Translations under genes and position numbers: made by a program
Shown here: positions 51,410 through 64,000 of the stretch, piece after piece
Numbering within the stretch: position 1 is the stretch's first letter
Layout: every line of letters begins with the position of its first letter
The notes under the pieces: model-generated
Told to the model about the DNA's origin: nothing
Databases searched by the model: none
What the model saw: the letters and a program-made list of their open reading frames with translations, nothing else
From: Octopus vulgaris
Lineage: Eukaryota
Length of the DNA stretch: 64,000 nt
Assembly: GCA_951406725.2 (NCBI GenBank)
Contig: OX597830.1
Location: 2,046,001-2,110,000, forward strand
Direction of reading: 5' to 3'

Positions 51410-53092
51410 TATTGTGCGGGAAGCATTTACATCGCAATAAAAACAAGAATATTATAGTGGCATTGGTGTTTCAATGTGGCTAGAGAACAAGAAAGCCTTT
51501 GACTCTGTTACCCACTCATGGATACTAGAATCCCTTCAACTTGCTAAAGTTATAGTGAGCATAGTCAAAACTACAGCTGACCTGATTTCAGAATGGGCTA
51601 TCATCTTGAAATTAAACATATAGAGTGACTGTATTATAACTGTTAGAATAGAGTATCACAAAAGAATATTCCGAGGAGACAGCCTCTCTATGATGATGTT
51701 TATACTTTCTGTAAACCTCTAGCAACATTTCCATCGATGATTTGACTGTTTCCCTTACATCTGGTGAGGAATGTTACAGGTATCTAGGGGTGGATGAAAA
51801 CATATCTTGTAATGGCACCGGTAACAAAACACGCACCATTAAATATTACAGCTGAATTAAGAAAATTTGGACTTTAGAATTCACTGCATACAATAAAACA
51901 GTGGCCGAAAATGTGTTTGCTGTGCCAGGACTCATAGCAACATTTGGGCTGCTTGATTGGACGCTTGATGAGATCCGAGCCATTGATGTGAAAACCCGAA
52001 AAATACTAACACGCACACATAATTTCCACATAAACAGTGACGTAAACCGCCTCTGTCGAAAACGAAAACAAAGCGGCAGAGGCTTAACATCGATCTAAAA
52101 TACCTTTGAATTTCATATCACATCTCTTCGGCAATATATTTCAACCGCCAAGAGTCGAAGTGCATTCCTTGACCAAGTTTGCATACATGAGGCTGATAAC
52201 ATCATAAGACTTGGAAGGCAGCATCTTGAGCAACATTCCTTGTCTAATAACCTTAGATACAGGCCAGGAAGTCGCACAATTCAACCGCAATGTATCATCA
52301 GATGAAAAGATGAACACGTATGTGCAGAAGTCTATGCATGAATACGCTATTAGAAAGTTTCGAAATGATAGTAACATTGATCATCAAAGCATCTATCATG
52401 GACCAATAACCGGATTACGACGTCGCAGTTTGAGGGGTATGCGTTTGCAATCCAGGAACAGAAAATATCAACCAAATACCTGATGCACAAAAGGGACAGA
52501 GATGTGGAAAAAGCAGTAAAATGGGACGACCGATGCAGACTTTGTGGAGTTAACACCGAAGAAATCACCCACATCATAAGCAGCTGTCCGAAAATCTCAT
52601 GACGATATTATTTACCCATGAGACATGATGTTGTAGCTAGGACACTCTATAATGAAATCCGTCAGAAGGATAGCCCTGACAACAAAGAAATGGGAACTCA
52701 GAGTATGGTAGAAGCCATACCCATTCATAGTAAAAAGAAGTATTGGCGGAATGTTCCAGTGAAGACCTCAATAAAATGTAAGCACAACAGACGTTATAGA
52801 ACGACTTGGGATAGAGAAGAGAAACTGTGTACAGTTGTGGAAATTAGCTGCCCAACGGTTGTTAACATAAAGCTGAAGATCAGTGAAAAAGCGAATACCT
52901 ACGCTGAACTATTAGGAAATCTGCAGTTACTCTATCCACAATGCAAGTTCAGCTTTATACTTGTAATTATTGGAGCACTGGGATCTGTAAAACACTGCCT
53001 AAATACCAATTTGAGAAACTACGAAGTCTCCTGATTCAGTCCATCACTGGAATTTTAAATATGTGTAAAATTCGTCAGAAGCCTATCATTTA
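51410..53092 (+). mobile_element. Decayed R4/Dong-like LINE (RT, CCHC, endonuclease)
   Basis: KKAFDSVTHSWI, FRGDSLS, YRYLG, RKQSGRGL, AIQEQKISTK, CRLCG...THIISSCP, RHDVVA, VIIGALG; many stops. Confidence 0.9.
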
Positions 53093-53097
53093 AGTAT

Positions 53098-53139
53098 GTG
53101 GTTGGTAAGCAAGCTACTTACCACACATCCACTCCTGCG
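53098..53139 (-). mobile_element. SINE family A head fragment
   Basis: GCAAGCTACTTACCACACATCCACTCCTGCG. Confidence 0.7.
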
Positions 53140-54119
53140 ATACACACACACACACACGCACACGCACACACACATATATATATATACACAGACACTTGAT
53201 GCTTCCCATAATGTGATACACATGAAGATATAGAGTATTTATCTTGTTTAATTTGTACTTTGGCTCACCGTTCGTATTTGGGACATTTCGTTTATATTGG
53301 TATTACTTTGGTCTTGATGTATGTACAGAATTTGTTTTTCTACGTCCGGACAGAGTTGGTCTCGTTTTTTCGTTTTGTTTATATGTATCGATATGTATAT
53401 GTATGTGAGTGAATGAATAATGTGGTATATATGAATATATAACGTTTAATTTGTTGTTTAATTCGTTTTGGCACGTTGCTCGTATTCGAGACATTTTGTT
53501 TGTATTGTATTACTTTACTTTTGTAGTATTTTGTATTTAAATTGATTTTTCGTTGACCGTGTCGAGTTAGTTTCGTTTTTCGTTTTTGTTTCTATGAATA
53601 GAAAAATAGTTATCACCCCTGTGTCTACTTTAAACTATAACTTAAATAAATTGTAAATTGGATTTATATTATAAATTCCATTATTTATATTTGAATTATT
53701 ATATAAAATAATGTTTTACCATAAATATATATGCATGTGTATGGAATTGTATAGGTACGCATATTGTAAAAAAAATACATATAGATGAATAAGTAAACAT
53801 GCGTTTGTGAATATGCATGTGTATATAGGTACTTGTGTGTGCATGTATATATACATAAATGGATAGGTGTAAGTATATATATATATATTTATAAATATAT
53901 ATAAATATGTATATATGAATGTGTGTATTATGCAACAAAGTCGGTTATAGAACTAGATACTAATAGATTTAGATTTGGGAATTTACGTAATTTCAGTTAG
54001 ATTATTTATTTATGATTAAGCACGATCTCAAAAAGCGCATTTTTTTATTTTTGAAAAGCGTTAGCAGTTATAAAAATTTTCAGTTGCTCTTTTACGTGAA
54101 ATATTTAAGAATGTATGTC

Positions 54120-54207
54120 GATCTGATGAAACCTCATTATATTTAAACGAGATTTTATTATTCTTGAAAAACTTGGTTTTATTAATGTAGTGGAAACAGC
54201 CGTAATT
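54120..54207 (+). ncRNA. HHR-like motif with long decayed stem II
   Basis: gat-CTGATGA-(~62 nt, partly self-complementary)-GAAAC-agcc-GT-A-att. Confidence 0.4.
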
Positions 54208-54494
54208 TATGAGATGTCACTTGTTTGTATAAAATAATTAAATTGAATTGAGCTTATCCTTTAATTATTAAATTATTTATTTGTTCAATTTATTGTTTTG
54301 GTTTCCGTTTCTAATTCATATTTATATATTGATAAACTGAATGTTTATTTTATTTAGTTATCTATTTGTTAAGTACGATAGTTCGTAACATTGTTATTGA
54401 TACAGGTAATAAAAACCAGTAAATTTTTCGGATATATAATATCCCTTAGGTGGTTATTTAACACCCATCTAAATTATTATTATTATTATTATTA

Positions 54495-54578
<84 letters not shown>

Positions 54579-57526
54579 TAAAGAATATGAGGGGTTTATT
54601 TCACTGGTGATCTAAACCAATAGGTACGCTGCGTATTTGGTCATGCGTTAGGTTCCAACAAATGTCCTTTGTTTCATTTTTTTTAATATTTTGGGCGACC
54701 AATTATTCTCAAATTTTAGTTCAGCATGATTTGAACTCAAAACGTAAAGAGGTGGAACAAATTCTGATAAATTATAGCGAATACCAAATAATAACTTCGA
54801 AATTGAACACTAACCCCTAAGTGAGCGATTGGTAATTCTAATGGTATTTGTATTTGGTTGTTATGTATTCTATCGATCTCTGAAAAATCACCGTCATTGC
54901 TTCAAGTCTGAAGGTAAAGGGGAAGCAACTAAATTCTTCAATATATTCTGCCGGACATCTGTCACTCATCATGTCAATCCTTCGGAACAATAGCAACGGC
55001 AACAACAATAACTGGGACAACGTAATGTAGAAGAGGGAAAAGTGTTTCTCCCATATAGTTAAATTTTTTATTATCTAACAGAAAGTTGTACTGTTTATTT
55101 ACTTAGCTTGTGAGAAAGATACACAGCAAAAACCGAGAAAAGCACAATAAAACAACAAAAAATATAAAATTATAAACTATATATAACGAAGTAAAGGAAG
55201 ATGAGAAACCGCATAAAAAAAAAACAAGTCAGTAAAATAAGTTACAATCCTGAAAGCAAAAAGAAAAATATTCGAGAATAACGAAGCTTTAAACTATAAA
55301 ATATTAATGCTTCAACTGATATAAGAAAAATAAAATAAAGGAAAACATCATTTAACCGAAATTTTAAAGTGAAATTTGTAGTTTTAATTGAATACTGTCA
55401 CTCTCTGAAAAAATACCTGACGTTAGCAAAAATATACATACATGCATACAGAGTTTAAAAACACTGCATTCACACCAAATGGTTTCTAGTTAAATAGTAG
55501 CCAACTGTGCGATCCAGGCACGTTTAACCCTCGACCCTACCGAAGTGAAATGAGAAATAGGTAATGGAGAGAAGGAGAAAAGATTACATATACACGTATG
55601 TGTATATATGTGTGTGTATGTGTGTGAGGTTTGTGTGTGCATGTTTTGTATGTATGAATGAATGTATATATATGTATGTTGATAGGCTTGAAAGAACAAA
55701 CAGGAGAGAGGGAATTCAACCTATAATTATGTTATATTTTTATTGTTTAATCAGCAAAAACGTACAAAAGTGACTGAAGAGCCAAGAATTTTGTGCTTGA
55801 TTCTACTGAAACATTTTATAAGTTTGACATAAAGAAAGTCCACCGTGAGCCAAAGAAATTTTCCAGTTACTATCGTTGCAGGTTATTATATTATAGTTAG
55901 GTTAGTGCTAACATATTTAATACACATCACCTTGAAAATAAACGAAGTAATAAATATGCCAGAAGAAACGACAAAGCATTCTTAAGCAGCGAATCTTATT
56001 TTTCAGTTTAGTGTTCTAACAAGGGAAACAACTCAAGACAAGATAATGATCTTATTCTAACCTCATCAGTAAAGAATAACCTGGCAGAATTTACTGAGGT
56101 TATCTAGAGTGAATCACTTAATAAACGTACACAGTTGTACAATCTGTTGGCAGAGGAAAGTAGAATTGAATTATTCAGAAATGCCATCCACACGAAAAAC
56201 AATAAAGAAGTTAGTTCCGACATATATAATAAATAGAGCATTCAAAATCTAACTAAAAATAAATTTAAAAGATGATAAAAGAAAAAAAAGAATTAGCGAG
56301 CAGCTAATATTATTTTCATATTTCCATCAAATAGTGGAGACTGTCTTATTCTGATATGATCAGCCAAGTATGACCTTCACTCAGTACTTGCCAAACTTGA
56401 GATCAATTGAATCACTAAGCAAAAAGATTCGCCATTTGTTTTCATAACTTGTTTATTGTTTGTCAGGCGGACGACATCTCTGAATCATTTAATTATTGTA
56501 TTGCAGTACTTTATATTTTTTTCCCAGCAAATTTCGATCTTGTTCGATGTTGTTTTCTATTTTATTTCAATTCTTGTTCTGATATTACTTAGTTGACACA
56601 CGTGTACTAACTAGTTGATGCATTTCTAACATAACCGCACATCTAGAGCATATCAAAATATTTCGTATTTCAATATTGTTTTTATATTTCAATACTTCCA
56701 TCATCACTGCTCTTGGCATTTACGACATAAATTTTCTTTAAGATTCTCATACAATCTTTTTACTTGTTCCAAACACGCATAAAGTATGTATGTACGTACG
56801 TATGTATGTATGTACGTACGTATGTATGTTTATAAATATATATATATACATACATATATGTGTGTCTGTCTCTATGTATCTGTATATGTATGCGTATATG
56901 TAAATATGTGTGTGTGCGTGCGTGGGTGTGTATGTATGTATGTACACACGTATGTATGTACTACGTACGTATGTACGTATGTACTTCGTACTATGCAATG
57001 TTTATGTATATATATATAGACATATATATATATGTGTGTATGTCTCTATGTATCTGAATATATATGCATATATGTAAATATCTGTGTGTGTGTGTGTGTG
57101 GTTGTGTATGTATTAATGCTTTTACAAGCTGCCTATCCTTTACTGAGCACACTTTCCAGACGTTGGTTTGCATAACCTGTGATGATAATATCACGCAAAA
57201 TATGTGTTATTTATTAGCTTAAACTTTTGTTGCTCATTTTTGAATAAACTTTTATTTGACTATTTTCTTTTGATATGTAGTTTTAACATGCTACTTCGAT
57301 CCATTGATGTTACGTTCTATTAAAACACAAAGCAAATTTAGGTGATGTTATTGTATGAGTTCGAAATAGAATTAAAGTCAGTGAAAACTAGACCCAACGT
57401 GAACGAAACTTTTGATCACTGTTTCAAGTATTTTGCAGTGATACAAGATCATTGACGATAAACACTACGGACGATATTTTGTGATTCACAACGAGCAGTT
57501 GTGAACCATTATTGAATAGGGCCAAT

Positions 57527-57761
57527 TAAGGCGGTGAGTTGGCAGAGTGGTTAGCACGCCGGGCGAAATGCTCAGCCGTATTTCGTCTGCCGTTACGCTC
57601 TGAGTTCAAATTCCACCGAGGTCGACTTTGCGTTTCATCCTTTCGGGGGTCGATAAATTAAGTACCAGTTACGCACCGAGGTAGATGTAATCCACTTAAT
57701 CCGTTTGTCTGTCCTTGTTTGTCCCCTCTATGTTTAGCCCCTTGTGGGCAGTAAAGAAATA
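57527..57761 (+). mobile_element. SINE family B, full length with 17-bp TSD
   Basis: A box TGGCAGAGTGG, B box GAGTTCAAATT; TSD tattgaatagggccaat at 57510-57526 and 57762-57778. Confidence 0.92.
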
Positions 57762-58499
57762 TATTGAATAGGGCCAATGTTAATCAACTTGAGATGTTGT
57801 AGAATAATTAAATCACGATTATCCAACAGTTTTTCAATATGCAAATCATACTGGAAAGTTAAAAAGTTCGAGTGGTGGTTAATGCTTCAAATGGAAGAAA
57901 ATAGGAAAGGTCACCATTACGAAGTCTGCTCTACACTCTTTTCTTTTCTTAAATATAAACGTTCTTTTATTTTTATCACTCTTTACATTTTTCAAAATAG
58001 AATTTCATATGAGAGGTGAGGTTATTAGCAGTGACCAGATTGAGGTAAAGCAATAGCACATTTCTAAATCGAAGTTATAACAGAAACGGTTGTGACTACT
58101 GTTTGGCATTCTTTGAATTCTGGTGAAATTCATCGCCGAATTGATAGCAGAGAAGTCATGCCAAGAAACTGAAATTGTGTGCCAACGACTGAAATGTTAA
58201 CGTTAAATATTGCTCAGTCGAAAAGGAACAGAACTCCCATGAAAATGCCAGATCTGGCAAATAACAGCAGCGATTTAGTGAATTCGGAGACAAAACACAA
58301 ACTCACTCAATTTATACACCAAACCGCTTCAATATGGAATCCCTGTTTTTTTTTTTTAACCCTCTTGATAAGGTTTCGCAGTAGTTTAAGATTTCTTTGA
58401 ATAATTCATTTGTTCTTGGGAATCAAAGATCTAGGCTACAAGAATAGACATGTTTCCTTTAGAAAAAATTGTTAATCATATATTCTTGTATTTTTTTAA

Positions 58500-58680
58500 A
58501 TGTTCGACTGTAGCCATGCTGGGGCACCGCTTTGAAGACTTCAATCGAAAGAATCACCCCTAGTATTTACTTTTAAGCCTAGCTCTTATTCTATCGGTTG
58601 CTTTTGCCCAATCGCTTAAGTTAGGGGAACGTAAACTCACCAAAACTAGTGGTTAATCGGTGGTGGGTTTACACACAAAC
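58500..58680 (-). mobile_element. Decayed SINE family A 3' half
   Basis: GCCATGCTGGGGCACCGC...CTTATTCTATCGG. Confidence 0.7.
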
Positions 58681-59427
58681 TTAGGGATACACATATATAC
58701 ATGCATATATATATATATATAAGCATACAAACACACACGTACACAGCAAGTGTTCACACTTTACCCCACCCCAACGCAGACACCTGGTTTCGTTCTGTCA
58801 TAGAAATTTTCATTGGGTGTTTTTACTTTTTCAGTCAACCAATAATATTTGACACATGAGACTGTAAAGGAATGGATGGCACAACAGACCCAGTTACGAA
58901 GAATCTGTCCCTTATTCCAAATTTATTGGAGGTTTACTTCTTTTCATAAAATAGATTCGATTTATATTCAGCCAAAGAAATCAATAGTTTTCATAGAAGC
59001 TAATTTACAAACAGATCTATCATGTTTGTTTGTTGTTCCATTTTCTATTCTGTTGCTGATTTTCTTCATTATATTTGTTGTTTGGTGTACGTTATGAATA
59101 AAATTAATACAAGAAACTCGGGAAAAAAAAACAGAGATGGAAAAATAAAATAATTTGTATCACTTTGTAGAAGCACTCTTGTTTGTCCAATTCTACAAAA
59201 CTCTATGAAAATATTCTTGTCACAATTTTTTCCCCTCCACCTACGTAGTTTGTTTGTGTGAAATGGTGTGTCGGTGTTCACATGTGTATCTTTCTGTGTT
59301 TAAATATATGTATGTATGTATGTATGTATGTATATATGTATGTATGTATGCATGTATGTATGTATGTATTCATGTATGTATGTATGTATATATGTATGTA
59401 TGTATATATGTATGTATGTATACACAC

Positions 59428-59480
<53 letters not shown>

Positions 59481-59925
59481 CACAGGAACGTGCTTATGCG
59501 TATAGATTCCTATGTAGGTATGAATATACATCCCGATACACATATGCATATGTACGAACACACACATATTCATATGCATATATAAGTGTATGTACGTGCG
59601 GGTGTTTATGCATGTATTTGTATATGATTATACAACATGTTTTTATATATGTATGCATGTATATGTATATAATAATACATTGGCTTGAATACACGTGCAT
59701 ATTTATTTAGATCTTTATTAATCGGTTTCTTTGCCTGTTGGTTGCTTTTTGTATTTTATTTCTTATTTTTATATATTTTGATAATTGATTTTTCAATTTG
59801 TTTTTTCTTTATGAGGTTATATTTAATTTCATGCTGTTTTTATAGTCGTACTTACGCTTATATGTATGTGTTTGGGTGTGTGTGTGAACGTGTATAGACA
59901 CACACACACGCACATATACACATAG

Positions 59926-59967
<42 letters not shown>

Positions 59968-60029
59968 AAAATATACACACATATCTAAGTATGTATATAT
60001 ATATATATATGTATTATATGTGTGTATGT

Positions 60030-60074
<45 letters not shown>

Positions 60075-62289
60075 TGTGTGTGTGTTTCCCCAGTTTTTAA
60101 AAATGAACAAAAAATAAGAAGGGAAAAGAAAGGCGGACAGAAATATTGATAGAGAGAAGGAAAAAAATTAAAATGAAAGAAATAATTGGTTCCTACATTT
60201 TAATGCATTAATTGAGACGGCAACTGCATGAAATATATAAATAAAAGAAATAAAAGTAAATACTGAATATAAATAAATATTGAATATAAGAAAAAAGGCA
60301 AATATAAGTAAATATTAAATAAACAACGTGTGAAAGAAAATGAAACGAGATGACGTAAGCAATAACAGAAAATAATAAACAACAATAACATCGGAAGCAC
60401 CACAATTAAAACCAAAATAAATAAACAATAAGAAGAAAAATTGTAAGAAGAGCAACAGCAATGAGACAGACATAATTTGGAGTTGACAATAGGAAAATGA
60501 AGCACGGTTACAACAATCGAAACATACAACAACAACAACAGCAGCATTAATGGCAACAACTTAATCAAAAATGTTTGCGTAAAACAACAAACACGTCAAA
60601 AACAATTGTAGCAACAACAAAAGGAAGAAAATCTAGGAACATGTATGTGTGTGTGTGTGTATGTGTGTGTGTGTGCATGTATGTTATGTATGTGTGTTAT
60701 GTATGTATGTGTGTATGTATGTATTATGTATATGCGTGTGTACATACCTATGTGTATATGTGTATTATGCATGTTTGTATGTATGTATGTGTGTGTATGT
60801 ATTATGTATGCATGTGTGTGTATGTAAGTACAACACTATAAACAATAACAATGGAAACATCTTCAGAAGCAACAATAACGACAATGTTATTGAGAGCAAC
60901 GTTAGTAATAAAACGCCAGAAAATTACAATCAATAACAGTAACAAGTGTAATACAACAACAGGACACTCAGCAGCAGCAACAGAAGCAGCTGTCGCTATG
61001 ACAACAGACAAGCGAAAGTCTTTCCGCCACGTAATATCAACTGGAAGAATTCAATTCCACTCCAGAAAAGCGCATATAACATCATCATAATCATCACCAT
61101 TACCATCATCAGCAACAGCAACAGCAATATTATTATCAAGCTTATAACGTCCATTTTCTCCATGTTTCGTTGGGTCAGTCGAAATGGTGTGGCTCGTTTT
61201 CTTCTACCATTTTATGCTCTTTCTATCACAAATCCTTGTTCGTTTCGAAACCAGGGAATATTTATCCATGACCAGATTTCTTTTCCATGAAAAGATTAGA
61301 AAAAATGATGTCGCTACTATAACACTGACACTCGTTTACATCTGTCTCGTGATGTCAAGATATTGTCTTTGGTCAAAATTCCAACTGAATAGATATTTCC
61401 CTCTACCGCTAAGCGGGAAATTGCCCAGCAGTTTCCACGAATTTGCTTATCATTATGTATATTAGTGGTACCAACATATAGATCTAGTCTATTGTGTTTT
61501 CGGCTTTCCATTCAGTTATATACCCCTACATTCATTCATACACATACATGCACACACATGTATACACATACATACATAAACATGCTTACACACACACACA
61601 CACGTGTGTGTGTGTGTGTGTGTATGCATGTATGTATCGTATTACAATTATATAATACGGTAGTTTTATTGGCTGATAACAGTTTAACATTCATCTTACT
61701 GCTGCAGTATATTAAAGATAGAAATATTTACGTGAGCCAATGAAATAAGGAGATGTTTAATGGCATTTATATTCCTAAAAAACATGTCTTCATAAATATT
61801 ATGACTCCCTCGATGATAATATATTTACTATTTCTTTGAATTCGTTTTTCAATTCTTCTTCAGTCGTTATTTAGTTTTTTGCATATTTTCCCCATCTTGA
61901 CATCTCTAAATTTGAATGGCGACATTTTCTTGTAATGTAAAGTGTCATTCGCAGAACAGTGAGAGGAGAAGTTAATAATGACTGGTGGAAAAAAATGAAA
62001 CATAAGAGAAGAGAACGTGTATGGAGTTTGTGGCGAGGAATGAAAGCCTCCTTTTGCCCTCTTGTTTATCAGTTTCAATTCTATTATAAAGGTGTAACAG
62101 TACCTTAGTTGATGGTGTTTAAAATGGTCAGCTCTGAAGATTCAAGTTAAATGGCGTTCCAAATGTGATCCCCACGTCTCGGTTACATCAAGATAAGATT
62201 AAAGAACAAGTTAGGTACATGTGTGTGTGTGAGTGTGTACGTGTACGCACGCGGTTAATACGTTCAGTGTGTTCATCTTTTGTTCATGA

Positions 62290-62790
62290 CCATAAAGTGT
62301 GGCATAAGGAAGATTATCTGCTATTTCTAGAAGGTCAAACTTCCACATAGGCATTTGTTTTATGTGTATTGATTCGTTTTCTGTCGATAGTATTCAATGT
62401 GGTTTGTCAATTATGTATTCATCTACGAACTGTCGCTCATTGAACAACCTTCTACTGGAAAGTATTTCAGTCATGACCACCCCATCAGACACTGTGAATC
62501 CATTATATTACATTAATTCCGCTAAACTTAGCCTTTTGCAAGACAATAGGATAGCATGAAGGAGAAATTTAACTGCTATTTCTAGCATAGTGAGGAACCC
62601 TATGGAGGTCTCAGTACAAGGTGAACCTTGGATTTGAGGGTCATAATAAAGAACATACCAAAAGATATTGTGCTTTTTCATTATGGAAGATTCACATTGG
62701 CACTTACTGGACAGAGTCAAATGAATCTCCGTCAGTTTCCACAATGGATATTCTCTTGTTCCATTGAATAAACTCCCTGATTAAAGAATT
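62290..62790 (-). pseudogene. Possible decayed CR1-type RT remnant
   Basis: LIREFIQWNKRISIVETDG resembles WI..FL..R.Q.V..DG; weak. Confidence 0.25.
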
Positions 62791-62884
62791 TACTTGTGAT
62801 TAAAGAATTACGATGAATGTTATGAGCTGTACCACAGTTAGGCATAGCTTTTACATGATTCTCATCTAGACACAACCAGGCACA

Positions 62885-62926
<42 letters not shown>

Positions 62927-63639
62927 TAAAGTTGATCTTTGAAATTACACATACAGTCTGTTTAATGACCTTCTATACGGTTTCTTTTTATCATTTTTGC
63001 TCCAACAAATGTTCACTCAAATAGATGCTACGAGATACTTGCTCAAGATGCTACACAGAAAGGTTGAACTTGCAACTCAGAGATAATGAAGCAAATTTTT
63101 GAATCGCGACTGAACACCTCAGACACTTGGTTTAGAAATTCAGAGAGTTTGGTGAACTCCATCCCTATCAGACTCTTACTTCTCACCTAATTTCTAAATG
63201 TATGTTCTGTTCAGCAGAGTGATCTCCCCCTCTTTCTTAACCTCCCATGCATAGATGTCAGCCTTTAACACATTTTTGTAATCTTCCGTACACAAGTATC
63301 GACCACAATCCTGATGTCAGAAGGTGATAACATCCTGCTTTATTTTCCATGTATTGGGTTCACTCACTGAGAGAATTTTAATAAAAACATATTGAAACGC
63401 CAACAGTTCATTGAATTAATTCAAAAGGCCACTGGATTGCTAGACATAGCAGCTAATTTCTGTAAAATTAAGTCTTACTATCTTAAATAATAGATATTTT
63501 GGACAATTTCCCTGATATAGAAAAAGGCAATCTTTTTTCTTTTATTAGTGTCTACCTAGTAGTAAACAATAACAACTAAAACAGTAATAAGAGCTTTTAC
63601 AAAGCTTTATAGAATTTTATTTCTTTCAAAATGAATTAA

Positions 63640-63860
63640 ATATGGCAGAAATGTTAGATCGTCAGAAAGCCTTTTCAGAATTTATTGTCTTTATATATTA
63701 AGCTCAGATCCCGCCCAAGTCATCTTTAGCTTTATCCTTTCGGAGTCAATAAAATAAAGTATTGGTGTGTGTGTGGGGGGCGGGGCAGATCGATGTTGTC
63801 AATTAAACCACACCCTGCAAAATTGCTAAGCATTGTGTCTAAATTAGAATACATTATTTT
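63640..63860 (+). mobile_element. Decayed SINE family B-related copy
   Basis: TGGCAGAAATGTTAG...ATCCTTTCGGAGTCAATAAAATAAAGTA. Confidence 0.6.
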
Positions 63861-64000
63861 AAAATTGAATAAAATTCTTATCATTTTACATATATTTAAT
63901 TTTTTCATTTCTTTTTAGATAAAAGGCACTTAATGGCATTAAAACATTTAATAACTCCGTTCAAAGTACCTCGGCAGCAGCTGTTACTAAAACCTTAAGA

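Noticed and set aside
58779-58822. HHR-like motif on the minus strand
   Set aside because: The 3-8 positions do not pair and stem III/UH is missing

Overview
AT-rich, microsatellite-dense eukaryotic non-coding DNA, most likely a coleoid cephalopod such as Octopus. That assignment is inferred from the SINE families and repeat landscape, not proven. I could not support any intact host protein-coding gene; nearly all ORF-track entries are read-throughs of (AT)n, (GT)n, (AAT)n or (CTAT)n. The recognisable content is decayed mobile DNA: two tRNA-derived SINE families, CR1, RTE and R4/Dong LINE fragments, Penelope-like (PLE) ends with a GIY-YIG fragment, Tc1/mariner remnants, hAT- and Kolobok-like MITEs, and two composite Helitrons, one with a PIF1 helicase fragment. 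The most striking signal is about 11 minimal type I hammerhead-ribozyme (HHR)-like folds from several unrelated repeat families, mostly beside (AT)n tracts and fold-backs. They show compensatory changes of the core 3-8 pair (C-G, U-A, G-C). One further element joins a tRNA-like Pol III head to an HHR-like tail. All structure calls were made by eye and none is shown to cleave.
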